64,000 nt of DNA. It comes from an uncultured Gemmatimonadales bacterium. GTDB lineage: Bacteria > Gemmatimonadota > Gemmatimonadetes > Longimicrobiales > RSA9. This document shows, one piece after another, positions 37,538-48,027 of the stretch; the first letter of the stretch is position 1; every line of letters starts with the position of its first letter. Below the pieces are notes generated by a model, which did no database searches, was not told the origin of the DNA, and was given only the letters and a program-made list of their open reading frames with translations. The DNA lies in contig CAWCRS010000003.1 in the NCBI GenBank assembly GCA_963798085.1, positions 736,001 through 800,000 of the forward strand. Direction: 5' to 3'. A program made the position numbers and the translations under genes.

Positions 37538-38670
37538 ATGATGCTACTCAACTACCTCGACAGCGCCATCGGTTTCGCCGTGATCATGCTGCTGCTGAGT
37601 CTGCTGATCACTGTGTTCGTGCAGGCGCTCGTCGTCGCGCTCGGGCTGCGCGGCATCGCGCTTCGAAAGGGCGTCGCACTCCTGCTGGACCAGTTCGCAG
37701 ACCTCGGCCCCGGCCTGAAGGACCGGGCCGAGGACATTGCCGATGGCGTCCTCAACCACCCCGCCATCCGGCGGCAGGGTTGGTTTCTCACTTCGCTGTG
37801 GCAGCGAGCGAGCGACATCCGCAAGGACGAACTTCTCGCGCTTCTCTCGAATGCCGATGCCATTGCAGACATGCCCGGACTCGATAAGGAGAAGGACACC
37901 ATCGCCGCGGCGGTGAAAGCGAAGCAGGATGCGCTCGAGACGTGGTTCGACCACGTCATGGATCGCACGACCGAGCGCTTCGTTTCCTGGACCCGTGGCA
38001 TCTCGCTCGCCGCGGCACTCCTGCTCGCGCTCTTCCTTCAGGTCGATTCCATTGCGCTGATCAAGCGCATCCAGTCGGACAGCACGCTGCGTGCGAAGCT
38101 CGTCGGCCTGGCGCCCACCGTCCTTGCGCTCGCCGACACCGTGGACCAGGGCCGCTATGTCGCCACCGCCGCGCTCGACAGTCTGCGAAACAGTCGGGAC
38201 CAGGTCATTCGCACGGCCGTTGCCGCGAAGCACGACTCGCTCGCGACCCGCGATCAGGGCCGAGTCTTCCTCATCAACAACGTGAGCGACAGCACAAGGC
38301 GAGCGACAGCCCTCAAGACGTACGAGGCGAGGTTCGACTCCATTCCTCGAATCGGCGCCTGGCAAGACTCGACTCCACCAGCAAACGCATTCTCACGACA
38401 CTCGGCGATTCCCTGCCCGGCGTCTTCCACCTGCCGCCCGCGCTGCCCGCATGGCCATGGAACGGGATGCAGCTTCTGGGCATCCTCCTCAGCGCGGTCC
38501 TCATCAGCCTGGGCGCGCCCTTCTGGTACAACCTGCTGCGCCAGGCCACCAACCTCCGCCCCATTGTCGCGGGCAAGATCGACGAGCAGCAGTCGCAAGA
38601 GGCGTCACAGCAGGGCGCAAGCGCCATAGCAGACACAGCCGCGACAGCGGCCGGCAACCCGAACGCCTGA
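37538..38670 (+). CDS. Hypothetical membrane protein (frameshift near 38370-38380)
   Basis: N-terminal LDSAIGFAVIMLLLSL TM; WFD.VMDR..ERF; C-terminal GILLSAVLISLGAPFWYNLL in a shifted frame; GGAGG RBS. Confidence 0.75.
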
Positions 38671-38758
38671 CCGGCGTGTGAGACTGTGGCAGCCTGGATG
38701 CGAGAAACGCCCGGCGCAAGCAGCGCCGGGCGTTCCCCGAACAACACGTTAGCAAGCG

Positions 38759-40936
38759 CTACGCCGCCCGGTGCTCGCCGGCGGAAGTGCTGCGCGCCGA
38801 GAAGCGCGAGACCGACAGCAGCTCGTTGACATTGAGGATCAGACCTACGCGGCCATCGCCCAGAATGGCGCCGCCGCTGATGCCGCTGATCTTGCCCACG
38901 CCGGCGCCCAGAGCCTTGGCCACCACCTGCTGCTGCCCCAGCAGCTCGTCCACCAGCAGCGCAGTGCGCCGTTCGCCGCTCACCACCACCAACAGCAGCG
39001 CTTCCGTCGGATCCGTGGCCGCACCCGGCACGCCCAGCACTTCGTGCAGCCGCAGAATGGGCAGCACCTGGTCGCGCAGCAGCACCATTTCACCGCGGCC
39101 GGCAACCGTCGACAGTGACTCGCGTGCCGGCCGGAAGCTGAGATCAATGCTGACCGTCGGCACGATGTATCGCTCACTGCCCACGCGCACGAGCATGCCG
39201 TCTGTTATGGCAAGCGTGAGCGGCAGGCTGATCGTGAACGTCGTGCCGCGGCCTGCCGCGGAAACGATCTCGATGCGGCCGTGCAGCGCTTCGACATTGC
39301 GCCGCACCACGTCCAGGCCTACGCCGCGACCGGAAAGATCGGTGACCGTTTCGACTGTCGACAAACCGGGCGCGAAGATCAGCTTGTGGATCTCGCTGTC
39401 CGCGGGTACGTGGTCTTCGGCAATGAGTCCGCGCGCTACCGCCTGGGCGCGGATGCGCTCGCGATCGAGCCCGCGGCCGTCGTCCCCCAGTGTCAGCACG
39501 ACACTGCCACCCGCGTGCTTCGCGGTCAGCCGCACTGTGCCGCGCGCCGGCTTGCCAGCCTGCTGGCGCTCCGCCCCGGACTCGAGTCCGTGATCCACCG
39601 CGTTGCGCAGCATGTGTACGAGCGCATCGCCGATCATCTCCACCATGTTGCGGTCGAGCTCGGTGTCCTCGCCTTCGGTCACGAACTCCACCCACTTGCC
39701 GCTCTTCCGGGCTGTGTCGCGACACAGTCGCGCCAGCTTCTGGAACAGCGCCTTCATGGGCACCAGGCGCATCGTCATGCCCAGGTCCTGCAGCTCGCGC
39801 ACGATCTTGCCCGCGTGCGTGACCTTGCGGCTCAGGCCGTCGCCCTGCGCGACGGAATCGGCTTCGGCGATCATCGCGTGCGCGATCACCAGCTCGCCGA
39901 TCGCGTCGAGCAGCCGGTCCAGCCGGTCGGTGCGCACCCGCGTGAACGGCTCCGCACTGCCCTCCATCGCAGCGGGCGAGCTGGCTTCCACCCCACGGGA
40001 CGCCTCGCCGGCCGACTTCGCCTGCGCTCGGGTCGCCGCCGCAACATCGGCGTTGCTCTCTGCCAATGCCGCGGCTTCCAGCTCGGCCAGCAGCTCGGCA
40101 TAACCCTGTGTTGGCTGCGCGCCCGGGCGCCGCGCTCCGCCCACGCCCCGCACCAGCGCGCCCAGCATGTCGACCGACCGCAGCGCCAGGTCCGCGACCG
40201 CGCCCTCCAGCTTCAGCGTGCGATCGCGCACACGGCTCAGCAGCGACTCGGCACGGTGCGCCAGCTCGCAGGTCTTCTCCAGGCCCAGGAATGCGCTCGT
40301 GCCCTTGATCGTGTGGAAACACCGGAAAATGCCGTTGATCGATTCGACGTCGAAGCTGCCCGATTCGAGCTGCAGCAGCGACTCCTCCGCGCTGCGCAGG
40401 TACTCATCGCTTTCCGCGATGAATCCCTCGATCAGCTCGGCGTCATTCTCGGGTTGTGTCTCCGCGGCCCGCCCGGCCGGCGTCCGTTCCGCGAGGGCCG
40501 GCGCCACCACCACCGCTGAAGGCGCTCGTGCGGCCGCTTCCGCCGCCTCCTCCGCATCCAGCGCGGCCAGTGCGGCGAGCATCAGCGGATCAATGGCGAA
40601 GCCTGCCGGCGCGGCGCTCGCGGGAGCACTCCCCACCCACAGATCGTCGGCCTCGTCGTCGCCTGCAACCGTTCCGGCAACTTCCTGTTGCTGCATGGCC
40701 GCTTCCAGGCAGCGACCTGCCTCGGCCAGTGCCGCGTCGCCATCCATTCCGCGCAGCAGACCACCGAGCGCGGCAGCGGCCGCCTCGACCTTCGTGGATG
40801 CACTTCCGGCCTTGCGCGCCAGGCGCTTCAGCCGATCGCGCAGCTTGCGAACACCAATGTTATCAGAAGCCACGAGCTGCATCAGCTCGACGGCCGCGTC
40901 ATCCAGCGTGCATCCGGACCTGGCCATTGCTCGCAT
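38759..40936 (-). CDS. cheA: Chemotaxis histidine kinase CheA
   Basis: Hpt (FHTIKG), dimerisation (RLDRLLD.IGELVI), HATPase (HMLRNAVDHG, DDGRGL, SGRGVGLDVV) and C-terminal CheW domains. Start approximate. Confidence 0.96.
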   Translation of the reverse strand: MRAMARSGCTLDDAAVELMQLVASDNIGVRKLRDRLKRLARKAGSASTKVEAAAAALGGLLRGMDGDAALAEAGRCLEAAMQQQEVAGTVAGDDEADDLWVGSAPASAAPAGFAIDPLMLAALAALDAEEAAEAAARAPSAVVVAPALAERTPAGRAAETQPENDAELIEGFIAESDEYLRSAEESLLQLESGSFDVESINGIFRCFHTIKGTSAFLGLEKTCELAHRAESLLSRVRDRTLKLEGAVADLALRSVDMLGALVRGVGGARRPGAQPTQGYAELLAELEAAALAESNADVAAATRAQAKSAGEASRGVEASSPAAMEGSAEPFTRVRTDRLDRLLDAIGELVIAHAMIAEADSVAQGDGLSRKVTHAGKIVRELQDLGMTMRLVPMKALFQKLARLCRDTARKSGKWVEFVTEGEDTELDRNMVEMIGDALVHMLRNAVDHGLESGAERQQAGKPARGTVRLTAKHAGGSVVLTLGDDGRGLDRERIRAQAVARGLIAEDHVPADSEIHKLIFAPGLSTVETVTDLSGRGVGLDVVRRNVEALHGRIEIVSAAGRGTTFTISLPLTLAITDGMLVRVGSERYIVPTVSIDLSFRPARESLSTVAGRGEMVLLRDQVLPILRLHEVLGVPGAATDPTEALLLVVVSGERRTALLVDELLGQQQVVAKALGAGVGKISGISGGAILGDGRVGLILNVNELLSVSRFSARSTSAGEHRAA

Positions 40937-40980
40937 GTCTGTTGGACACGCACTCGCCCGCTGCGACGAGTGCGCCCTCA

Positions 40981-41007
40981 TTTTCGACCATGGAGGAGGT
41001 TACTTGA
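40981..41007 (-). promoter_or_regulatory. Possible sigma28 promoter of cheA
   Basis: TCAA-N15-GTCGAAAA; overlaps a GGTTACTTGA tandem repeat. Confidence 0.5.
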
Positions 41008-41123
41008 GGTTACTTGAGGCAGGACGGGCGGAAAATGGCGCAACCACTCCGCGTGCGGGACGCTGCGCGACCGGCCTCGCCTGACGCCGGCCTCATTGCG
41101 GGGCCGGCGTCAGCGTCTGCCGC

Positions 41124-42074
41124 TCAACGCCGGCTGTCGCAGGGAGATACGCGGATGTCGGCGATCTCGAGTCCCGGATAGAGGCGCAGCACCCGGCCAT
41201 CCAGACCGTAGAGCGTCACGCTCTCGCCACGCGACAGGCGCTCGTCAATGGCGAGGTCCAGGTCGGAGGCGCGGGCCAGGCCTACCGTTTCGAGACCCAC
41301 CGGCACGTCGTAGCGCACGCCGTTCGCCAGTTCCACGCTCACGCGCGCGCACTCGCCTGTGGCCATTCCCGGCCAGGAGAAGCGGTAGCCTCCTGCGGGG
41401 CCCGACTGGAAGCCGAACGGGTAGAGCGGCATGTAGCCGTAGTAGCCCCAGCCGTACGCATCGACGCCGCCCCCGATCCCGGGAAAGCCGGCCCCCGGGT
41501 AGCCCCACCCATAGCCGGTCGCGTCGCCAACGCCGCCACCAGGTCCACCCCAGGGCGAGTACATCCAGGGATTGCAGTTGCCGGCGCCGTAACCCAGGCC
41601 GGGCATACCCCAGCCCGGGTTGAGACCCGGTCTGCCAGTGTTGTCGCCTCGGCCGCTGCCGCCGGAGCGGTTGCCCGAGCCGTCCCGGCCCCGGGTGGAG
41701 CCAGCGCCACGCTGGCCACCACCGCGCAAGCCACCCGCCCGGCCCACGCGGCCATCCAGGCCGGCGCCCGCGCCGGACCAGCCACGACAATTCGCTGGCG
41801 CACCGCCCAGTCCCGGAACGGGACCATAGAGTGGCGCACCCGCGAAGCCGGAACCAATGCCCGGTGCGCCTACGACCGCGGAGCCGTAGCCCGATCCCGT
41901 GCCCAGCTGTCCCAGCCGCCTCGCTTCGAGCCACTGGCGACGCTGCGCCTGATACTCCTCGACCGTCAGCGGGCGGATCGTGTCCGCTCCCGCGCCACGC
42001 TGCCCGAGTACGGGCCGCGCGCCCGCCAGCACCACGCAGGCCGCGACTACGGCGACACCTGTGTTCCGCAACAT
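41124..42074 (-). CDS. Hypothetical secreted Gly/Tyr/Trp-rich protein
   Basis: GGGAG RBS; signal peptide MLRNTGVAVVAACVVLAGARPVLG; Gly-rich core; globular C-terminus. Confidence 0.65.
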   Translation of the reverse strand: MLRNTGVAVVAACVVLAGARPVLGQRGAGADTIRPLTVEEYQAQRRQWLEARRLGQLGTGSGYGSAVVGAPGIGSGFAGAPLYGPVPGLGGAPANCRGWSGAGAGLDGRVGRAGGLRGGGQRGAGSTRGRDGSGNRSGGSGRGDNTGRPGLNPGWGMPGLGYGAGNCNPWMYSPWGGPGGGVGDATGYGWGYPGAGFPGIGGGVDAYGWGYYGYMPLYPFGFQSGPAGGYRFSWPGMATGECARVSVELANGVRYDVPVGLETVGLARASDLDLAIDERLSRGESVTLYGLDGRVLRLYPGLEIADIRVSPCDSRR

Positions 42075-42564
42075 CCGCTGCTCCCTGCACAGGTTAGGCG
42101 CCGTCCCTGGCACGCACATCGGCGCGCAATACCGCAGCCGCGCGCATTCTCCGGTTGAGCCCGGAACTCCTGTTCCGAAGCTAACCTCCATCGGGTCGAG
42201 CCTTCAACCCGTTCAGCACAGTCTCGGCCGCCCGCCCGCTTTCAGAACACCTGCCTCCATGGCGTGGCTGGGTTTCCGCACAAGGGAAGCCCCGACTTGC
42301 GGGCGCTCGTCCGCCCTGCATCTTTCGCCGTTCGTGCATTCTGGTACCTGCGCGCCACTCCCCTGGACGCGGGTCCCACCCGGCGCATTCGTGCCGGTCC
42401 GTGCCGGGAATTTCCGCCGCGGCGCCAGGCCCAGTGCCTGTCCGCTGCGACCTTCGCGTGCTCTGAGCCCGTCGAAGCCGGAGCGAGCGCGCCCCGCTAC
42501 GCAGTGCCGATATCCTGTCGGCGTGCGGGGAACGGTGGGCTGTCAGCCCGCCTTGCAGGACGAC

Positions 42565-45500
42565 ATGGCCGAGTCTGCTGCTGCGCATTCCCCTCGCGAG
42601 AGTCCCAGCACCGCTGACGCTGCCGTTGCGGATGCGGCATTCTCACGTCCTGGCGGGAGCCTGACTGCTACCGCGCTGCTCCTGGGACGCAGCGGCGCCG
42701 TCCTGGCTGTCGCTACGGGCCTGTTAGGGCTCGCCGGATGGGCGTTTGGCGTCGTGGCACTCAAGTCTGTGTTCGTGGGCGACGCGACCATGAAGCCGTT
42801 CACCGCGTCCTGCTTCGTGCTCGCCGGCCTGTCGCTGCTGCTCTCGACAACGCCTGACAATGCGTTTGCCCGTGCACGCTGGCGCGTGCGTGCCGCCGCC
42901 GGCGCGGCGCTGCTGGTCTCGCTCACGGGCCTCGTCACGGTGGCCGAGTACGTGACCGGCGTCGATCTGCCGTTCGAGAACCTCCTGTTCAGGCGGGCGC
43001 TCGTGGCTTCAGCCATCCCGTACCCGGGGCGGATGTCGCCGGCGACCGCCATCGGCTTCCTGCTTCTGGGTACGGCGCTGCTGCTGCGCCGTCGCACGAT
43101 CAGGCCGCACACGGAGCAGCTGCTCGGCCTCTTGACGCTGCTGCTGGGGGGCCTCGCCTGCACCGGTTACCTCTTCGGGGGCCGCGCACTGTACAACGTG
43201 TTTGTCTTTTCCTCCATGGCCGTGCACACGGCCGTGATGTTTGCCATCACCGGCGCCAGCGTACTGCTGGCGCGGCCGGCCGGACCGATCACGAAGATCA
43301 TCGTGAGCGATGGTCCGGGCGGTATCGCCGCCCGCCGGCTCCTGCCGGTCGTCGTGCTGCTGGTGCCGCTGCTGGGCTGGCTGTACGTGCGCAGCCAGAT
43401 CGCAGGCTGGTTCGAGCCGGGGTTCGGCGCGGCCCTGCTGGCAGTCGTTAATATTGTGTTGCTGACCGCCGTTGTATGGGGCACGGCGCATCGGCTGGAT
43501 CGCCTGGACGGCCAGCGCCGCAGCGCGCAGACCGGCATACGGGAGAGCGAAGAGCGCCTCCGCGCGCTGATCGAAGCCTCGAGCCAGATCGTGTGGACCG
43601 CGGACCCCACGGGCGCCGCGGTTGACGATTCGCCCTCCTGGCGCGCGTTCACCGGGCAGTCTGCGGAAGAGCGGGGCGGCTTCGGTTTCCTCGACGCACT
43701 GCATCCCAATGACCGCGATCGCGCCCTTGCGGACTGGCGCCAGGCGATTGCGTCGCGTAAACCGCTGCGCGCCGAGTACCGCGTGCGCCACGCCAGCGGT
43801 GAATGGCGCTGGACCGCCACGCGCGCCGTGCCCCTGCTGGCGCCCGATGGCTCCATCCGCGCGTGGGTCGGCATGAATGCGGACATCACCGTGCGCAAGC
43901 AGGCCGAGGATGCGTTGCGCGCGAGCGAACAGCGCCTGCGCTCGGTAGTCGATTCCGTGCCCCAGCTCGTCTGGACTTCATTGCCGGATGGCGCCTGCGA
44001 CTTCTTCAGTGCGCGCTGGATCGAATACACCGGCATGGCGCCTCCCGAACAGTTTGGCGCCGGCTGGCTGCAGCAGGTTCACCCCGACGATCTCACGCGC
44101 GCGCAGGCCGAGTGGCAAGCGGCTGTCGCCACCGGGTCCGACTTCCGCGTCGAATGCCGCCTGCGGCGCGCCGACGGTGTCTATCGCGAGTTCGATATGC
44201 GTGCCGTGCCGCTGCGGGATCATGCCGGACGCATCGAGCGCTGGTTCGGCTCCAGCACGGACATTGAAGATGTGCGCGTCGCCGAACGCCTCGCCCGCGA
44301 AACCGAAGAACGCCTGTTTGCCGTCGTCGACAATCTCGAGGAAGGCCTCGTCATTTCCGACCTCGAAGGCCGGCTGACGCACTGGAATCGCGCAGCCCTG
44401 CGCATGCACGGCATCAGGCGAGTCGAAGAGGTGCTCGTCCCGGTGGAGAAGTTCCTCCAGATCTACCAGCTGAGCACGCTGGACGGCGCGATTCTGCCCT
44501 TCGACCAGTGGCCGTTGCCACGCATCATGCGTGGTGAAGTGCTGAATAACGTCGAGCTGCGGCTGCGACGGCTGCCCGGAATCGCCAGCGAATCGTTCGG
44601 CATGGCCGAGTCCGGGTGGGAGCGCATCTTCAGCTACGGCGGCCGCATTGTGCGCGGGTCCGCGCAACGCTCCGTCGCCTTCCTCAGCATTACGGATGTC
44701 ACGCAGCGCCGCGAAACCGAACAGCAGCTGCGCACCAGTGAGGGCAGGTTCCGCGGCATCTACGAGACCGCGCCCGTTTCCATCTGGCAGGAAGACTGGA
44801 GCGCAGTGAAGCGCTCCCTTGCTGCGCTGCGCGACGGCGGCATCACCGACTTCGCGAGGTACTTCCGCGACCATCCCGAGTTCGTGACGCTCGCGCTTGC
44901 GGACGTGAAAATCGACGACGTCAATCAGCACACCATCGACCTTTTCCGCGCGGCCAGCAAACAGGAAATGCTCACGTCGCTCGAAGCCGTGTTCGCCGCA
45001 CCGCCCGCGCGCGCGGCGTTCGTGGCGCAGCTGACGGCGTTCGCCAGCGGAGAGCGCAGCTTCAGCTCCGAGATGTCGGTCAGCACACTCACGGGTGAGA
45101 CGCTGCACGTTTCCAAGGGCATGGCGTTCCCGGACCCGGACTCGGAGTCCGGCCAGGTTCTCGTGAGCGTCGTCGACCTGACCGAGCGATGGAACGCCGA
45201 GGCCGCACGCCTCGAATCGGAAGCGCGCTTCCGCCAGCTGGCCGAAAACGTGCGCGAAGTGTTCTGGCTTACCAATGTAGCCAAGGCCCAGATCGTCTAT
45301 GTGAGTCCGGCATACGAGACCATCTGGGGTCGCAGCTGCGAGCGCTTGTACGAGTCGCCCGGTGACTGGCTGGAGGCAATTCATCCGCAGGACCGCCCGC
45401 ACGTCGAGCAGGCCATGATGCGGCAGGCCGAAGGCACGTACGACGAAGAGTATCGCATTGTCCGTCCCGACGGTGCCATCCGCTGGATCCGTGACCGCGC

Positions 45501-46725
45501 GTTCCCCGTGCGCGACGCGCGCGGCGACATCATTCGCATCGCCGGCGTGGCGCAGGACGTTACGACACGGCGCAGCCTGGAGGCTCAGCTGCTGCAGACG
45601 CAGAAGATGGAATCGATGGGCCGTCTGGCGGGCGGTGTGGCTCACGACTTCAACAACTGGCTCACTGTCGTTTCCGGTAATGTCGAGTTACTGCGGCTGC
45701 TGCTGACCGATCGGACCGAAGAACTCGAATTGCTCAAGGAGATCGCGGACGCCGCCGAACGGGCGGCCGGCCTCACCCGCCAGCTGCTCGCATTCAGCCG
45801 CAAGGAAGTCCTCGAGCCCCGCGTCATCGACCTCAATACGGTGGTCACCGACACGGAGAAGCTGCTGCGCCGCATCATTGGCGAGGACATCGTCCTGAAG
45901 ACGGTCCTGGACACGAGAATCAGCCGCGTTCGTGTCGATCCCGGACACCTCGTGCAGGTACTCATGAACCTCGCCGTCAACGCACGCGACGCCATGCCCC
46001 GCGGCGGAACCCTCAGCATCAGCACCCGAGACGTGCTGCTGGATGAGGCGTACGTCGCCGAACACGCCGGATTCGTGAGCGGGCGCTACGTGCTGCTCGC
46101 CATCTCCGACAGCGGCGAAGGCATGACGCCCGAAGTGCAGGCGCGCGTATTCGAGCCCTTCTTCACCACCAAGGACGCCACGCACGGCACCGGCCTCGGC
46201 CTCGCTGTAGTGCACGGCATCGTGCGCCAGAGTGGAGGTCAGATCCAGCTCTACAGCGAGCCCGGCGAGGGCACGACATTCAAGATCTATATGCCGGCCA
46301 TCGACCACGCGCCTGTGGCGGTGGCTGCGGAGCGGTCGGATGTCGCCTTGCGCGGCTCCGAGACGATCCTGCTCGTCGAGGATCAGGAAAGCGTACGCCG
46401 TGTCGCGACCCGCGCGCTCACCTCATACGGCTACAACGTGATCAGTGCCGCCAACGGGCAGGACGCACTGCAGAGGCTCGGGGATCTGATCTCCTCGCTG
46501 CAGCTGCTGGTCACCGATGTCGTGATGCCACTCATGGGCGGACCGGAGCTCGCCACCACCATCAACCGCCTGAATCCCGCTGTGCGCGTGCTCTTCACCA
46601 GCGGCTACACGGATGACGCCGTCGTGCGTCATGGCGTCCTCAATGATGAGGTTGCCTTCCTGCAGAAGCCGTACGTTCCGGTAACGCTGGTGCGCAAGGT
46701 TCGCGAAGCCCTGGACCGCGACTGA
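42565..46725 (+). CDS. Membrane-bound multi-PAS hybrid sensor histidine kinase
   Basis: About eight TM helices, five PAS/PAC repeats, AHDFNN H-box, NARDAMP.GG, PFFTTK..GTGLGL and a C-terminal receiver. AGGA RBS before ATG 42565. Confidence 0.95.
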   Translation: MAESAAAHSPRESPSTADAAVADAAFSRPGGSLTATALLLGRSGAVLAVATGLLGLAGWAFGVVALKSVFVGDATMKPFTASCFVLAGLSLLLSTTPDNAFARARWRVRAAAGAALLVSLTGLVTVAEYVTGVDLPFENLLFRRALVASAIPYPGRMSPATAIGFLLLGTALLLRRRTIRPHTEQLLGLLTLLLGGLACTGYLFGGRALYNVFVFSSMAVHTAVMFAITGASVLLARPAGPITKIIVSDGPGGIAARRLLPVVVLLVPLLGWLYVRSQIAGWFEPGFGAALLAVVNIVLLTAVVWGTAHRLDRLDGQRRSAQTGIRESEERLRALIEASSQIVWTADPTGAAVDDSPSWRAFTGQSAEERGGFGFLDALHPNDRDRALADWRQAIASRKPLRAEYRVRHASGEWRWTATRAVPLLAPDGSIRAWVGMNADITVRKQAEDALRASEQRLRSVVDSVPQLVWTSLPDGACDFFSARWIEYTGMAPPEQFGAGWLQQVHPDDLTRAQAEWQAAVATGSDFRVECRLRRADGVYREFDMRAVPLRDHAGRIERWFGSSTDIEDVRVAERLARETEERLFAVVDNLEEGLVISDLEGRLTHWNRAALRMHGIRRVEEVLVPVEKFLQIYQLSTLDGAILPFDQWPLPRIMRGEVLNNVELRLRRLPGIASESFGMAESGWERIFSYGGRIVRGSAQRSVAFLSITDVTQRRETEQQLRTSEGRFRGIYETAPVSIWQEDWSAVKRSLAALRDGGITDFARYFRDHPEFVTLALADVKIDDVNQHTIDLFRAASKQEMLTSLEAVFAAPPARAAFVAQLTAFASGERSFSSEMSVSTLTGETLHVSKGMAFPDPDSESGQVLVSVVDLTERWNAEAARLESEARFRQLAENVREVFWLTNVAKAQIVYVSPAYETIWGRSCERLYESPGDWLEAIHPQDRPHVEQAMMRQAEGTYDEEYRIVRPDGAIRWIRDRAFPVRDARGDIIRIAGVAQDVTTRRSLEAQLLQTQKMESMGRLAGGVAHDFNNWLTVVSGNVELLRLLLTDRTEELELLKEIADAAERAAGLTRQLLAFSRKEVLEPRVIDLNTVVTDTEKLLRRIIGEDIVLKTVLDTRISRVRVDPGHLVQVLMNLAVNARDAMPRGGTLSISTRDVLLDEAYVAEHAGFVSGRYVLLAISDSGEGMTPEVQARVFEPFFTTKDATHGTGLGLAVVHGIVRQSGGQIQLYSEPGEGTTFKIYMPAIDHAPVAVAAERSDVALRGSETILLVEDQESVRRVATRALTSYGYNVISAANGQDALQRLGDLISSLQLLVTDVVMPLMGGPELATTINRLNPAVRVLFTSGYTDDAVVRHGVLNDEVAFLQKPYVPVTLVRKVREALDRD

Positions 46726-47111
46726 TGTCGGCCAGCGCCCGGCCTGCTACCATCCTGGTCGTGGATGACAACCGCGCCGTGCGCTCGCTCATCCGCCGCA
46801 TTCTGGCAATGCGTGGTTATGGCATCTTCGAGGCAGGCAGTGCGGACGAAGCGTTCGCGCTGCTCGATTCAGCCGGCGCATCGATTGACCTGCTGATCAC
46901 CGATCTGGTTCTGCCCGGCATGGACGGTGTCCGCCTGAGCGAGCACGTTCGCCGGCGCTTCCCCGATGTGTTCGTCATCCTGATCTCGGGCCGGCTCGAT
47001 CTGTCCGAAACTGCGACCGGTCGACCGCCGCGTTCCATACTCTTGCGCAAACCGTTCAGCCCGGACCAGATCCTGGACGCAGTGACGCGTGCCCTCGCGC
47101 CCGCGTCGTGA
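46725..47111 (+). CDS. Single-domain response regulator
   Basis: ILVVDD, LLITDLVLPGMDG and LRKPF motifs; overlaps the kinase stop. Confidence 0.93.
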   Translation: MSASARPATILVVDDNRAVRSLIRRILAMRGYGIFEAGSADEAFALLDSAGASIDLLITDLVLPGMDGVRLSEHVRRRFPDVFVILISGRLDLSETATGRPPRSILLRKPFSPDQILDAVTRALAPAS

Positions 47112-47166
47112 CCCTGCGCTCACGTGTGTGCAGGCGCGCCGGCGCCAGCGGCTTTAGTTTGACTGC

Positions 47167-47970
47167 ATGACGGGTCCTCGCTATCAGGAAATTGCGCCGC
47201 AGCCCGCATTGGCGCCCTTCGTCGAGTGCTTCTGGACCAGCCGCTCGGAAACGCCGCTGCCGGCAACCGCGCAAAGTCGCGTGCTTCCCGACGGCTGCGC
47301 GGACGTGATCTTCGACTTCAGCGAGCATCCCGTGGGACCCGCGTCACCCGCGGGTGGTGAGCGAAGCTACGTCGTCGGCGCCATGACCGCGGCGCTGGTG
47401 GTCGAGCATTTCGGGCGCGTCGACCTCCTGGGTGTGCGCTTCCGGCCAGGCGGCGCGGCCGCGTTCCTGCACCTGCCGCTTGGTGAGTTGACCGACCGCC
47501 GCATCGATGCCCAATCGCTCGGTGACGGATGGCAGGCGACGACAACTCGTATCCTCTCGGCGGAATCCGTCAGCGAGCGCATTGCCCTGCTCGAGGCCGC
47601 CCTCTCCATTCGCCTGCGCTCCGCTGCGATGACGGACCGGCTCGTGGCGCGCGCATGGTCGCGACTCGTCGAGACCGCCGGCGCGTTGCCGGTGCGCCAG
47701 CTGGCCAATGAGGTCGGACTGGGTGAGCGCAGACTGCAGCGCCTCTTCCACGAACGTGTCGGCCTCTCGCCCAAGGAAGCCGCACGCATTGCCCGCTTCC
47801 GCGCCACGCTCGAACACATGCGCAGCCATCCACACGAGCCGCTCGTGCGCATTGCGCTGGAGGGCGGCTATTACGACCAGCCTCATTTCACACGCGAATT
47901 CTCCCGCCTCGCCGGCCTGCCGCCGGAAGCCTGGCGTCGCGAGCGCGCGCAGGCTGATCACTCAGGTTGA
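47167..47970 (+). CDS. AraC-family transcriptional regulator
   Basis: VLPDGCAD, GVRFRPGG, ERRLQRLF...VGLSPK and GYYDQPHFTREF motifs. Confidence 0.93.
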   Translation: MTGPRYQEIAPQPALAPFVECFWTSRSETPLPATAQSRVLPDGCADVIFDFSEHPVGPASPAGGERSYVVGAMTAALVVEHFGRVDLLGVRFRPGGAAAFLHLPLGELTDRRIDAQSLGDGWQATTTRILSAESVSERIALLEAALSIRLRSAAMTDRLVARAWSRLVETAGALPVRQLANEVGLGERRLQRLFHERVGLSPKEAARIARFRATLEHMRSHPHEPLVRIALEGGYYDQPHFTREFSRLAGLPPEAWRRERAQADHSG

Positions 47971-48027
47971 ACCGCCCGCCCACGGGCTGCAGGATTTCTT
48001 CGGGTTGCGCGAGATCGTCAGCTCCGC

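Noticed and set aside
42506..42513. Sigma28 promoter for the hybrid kinase (GCCGATAT)
   Set aside because: No TAAA/TCAA-like -35 element at 15-nt spacing.
41980..42564. 195-aa N-terminal extension of the hybrid kinase
   Set aside because: It overlaps the divergent gene and reads as non-coding. An RBS precedes ATG 42565.
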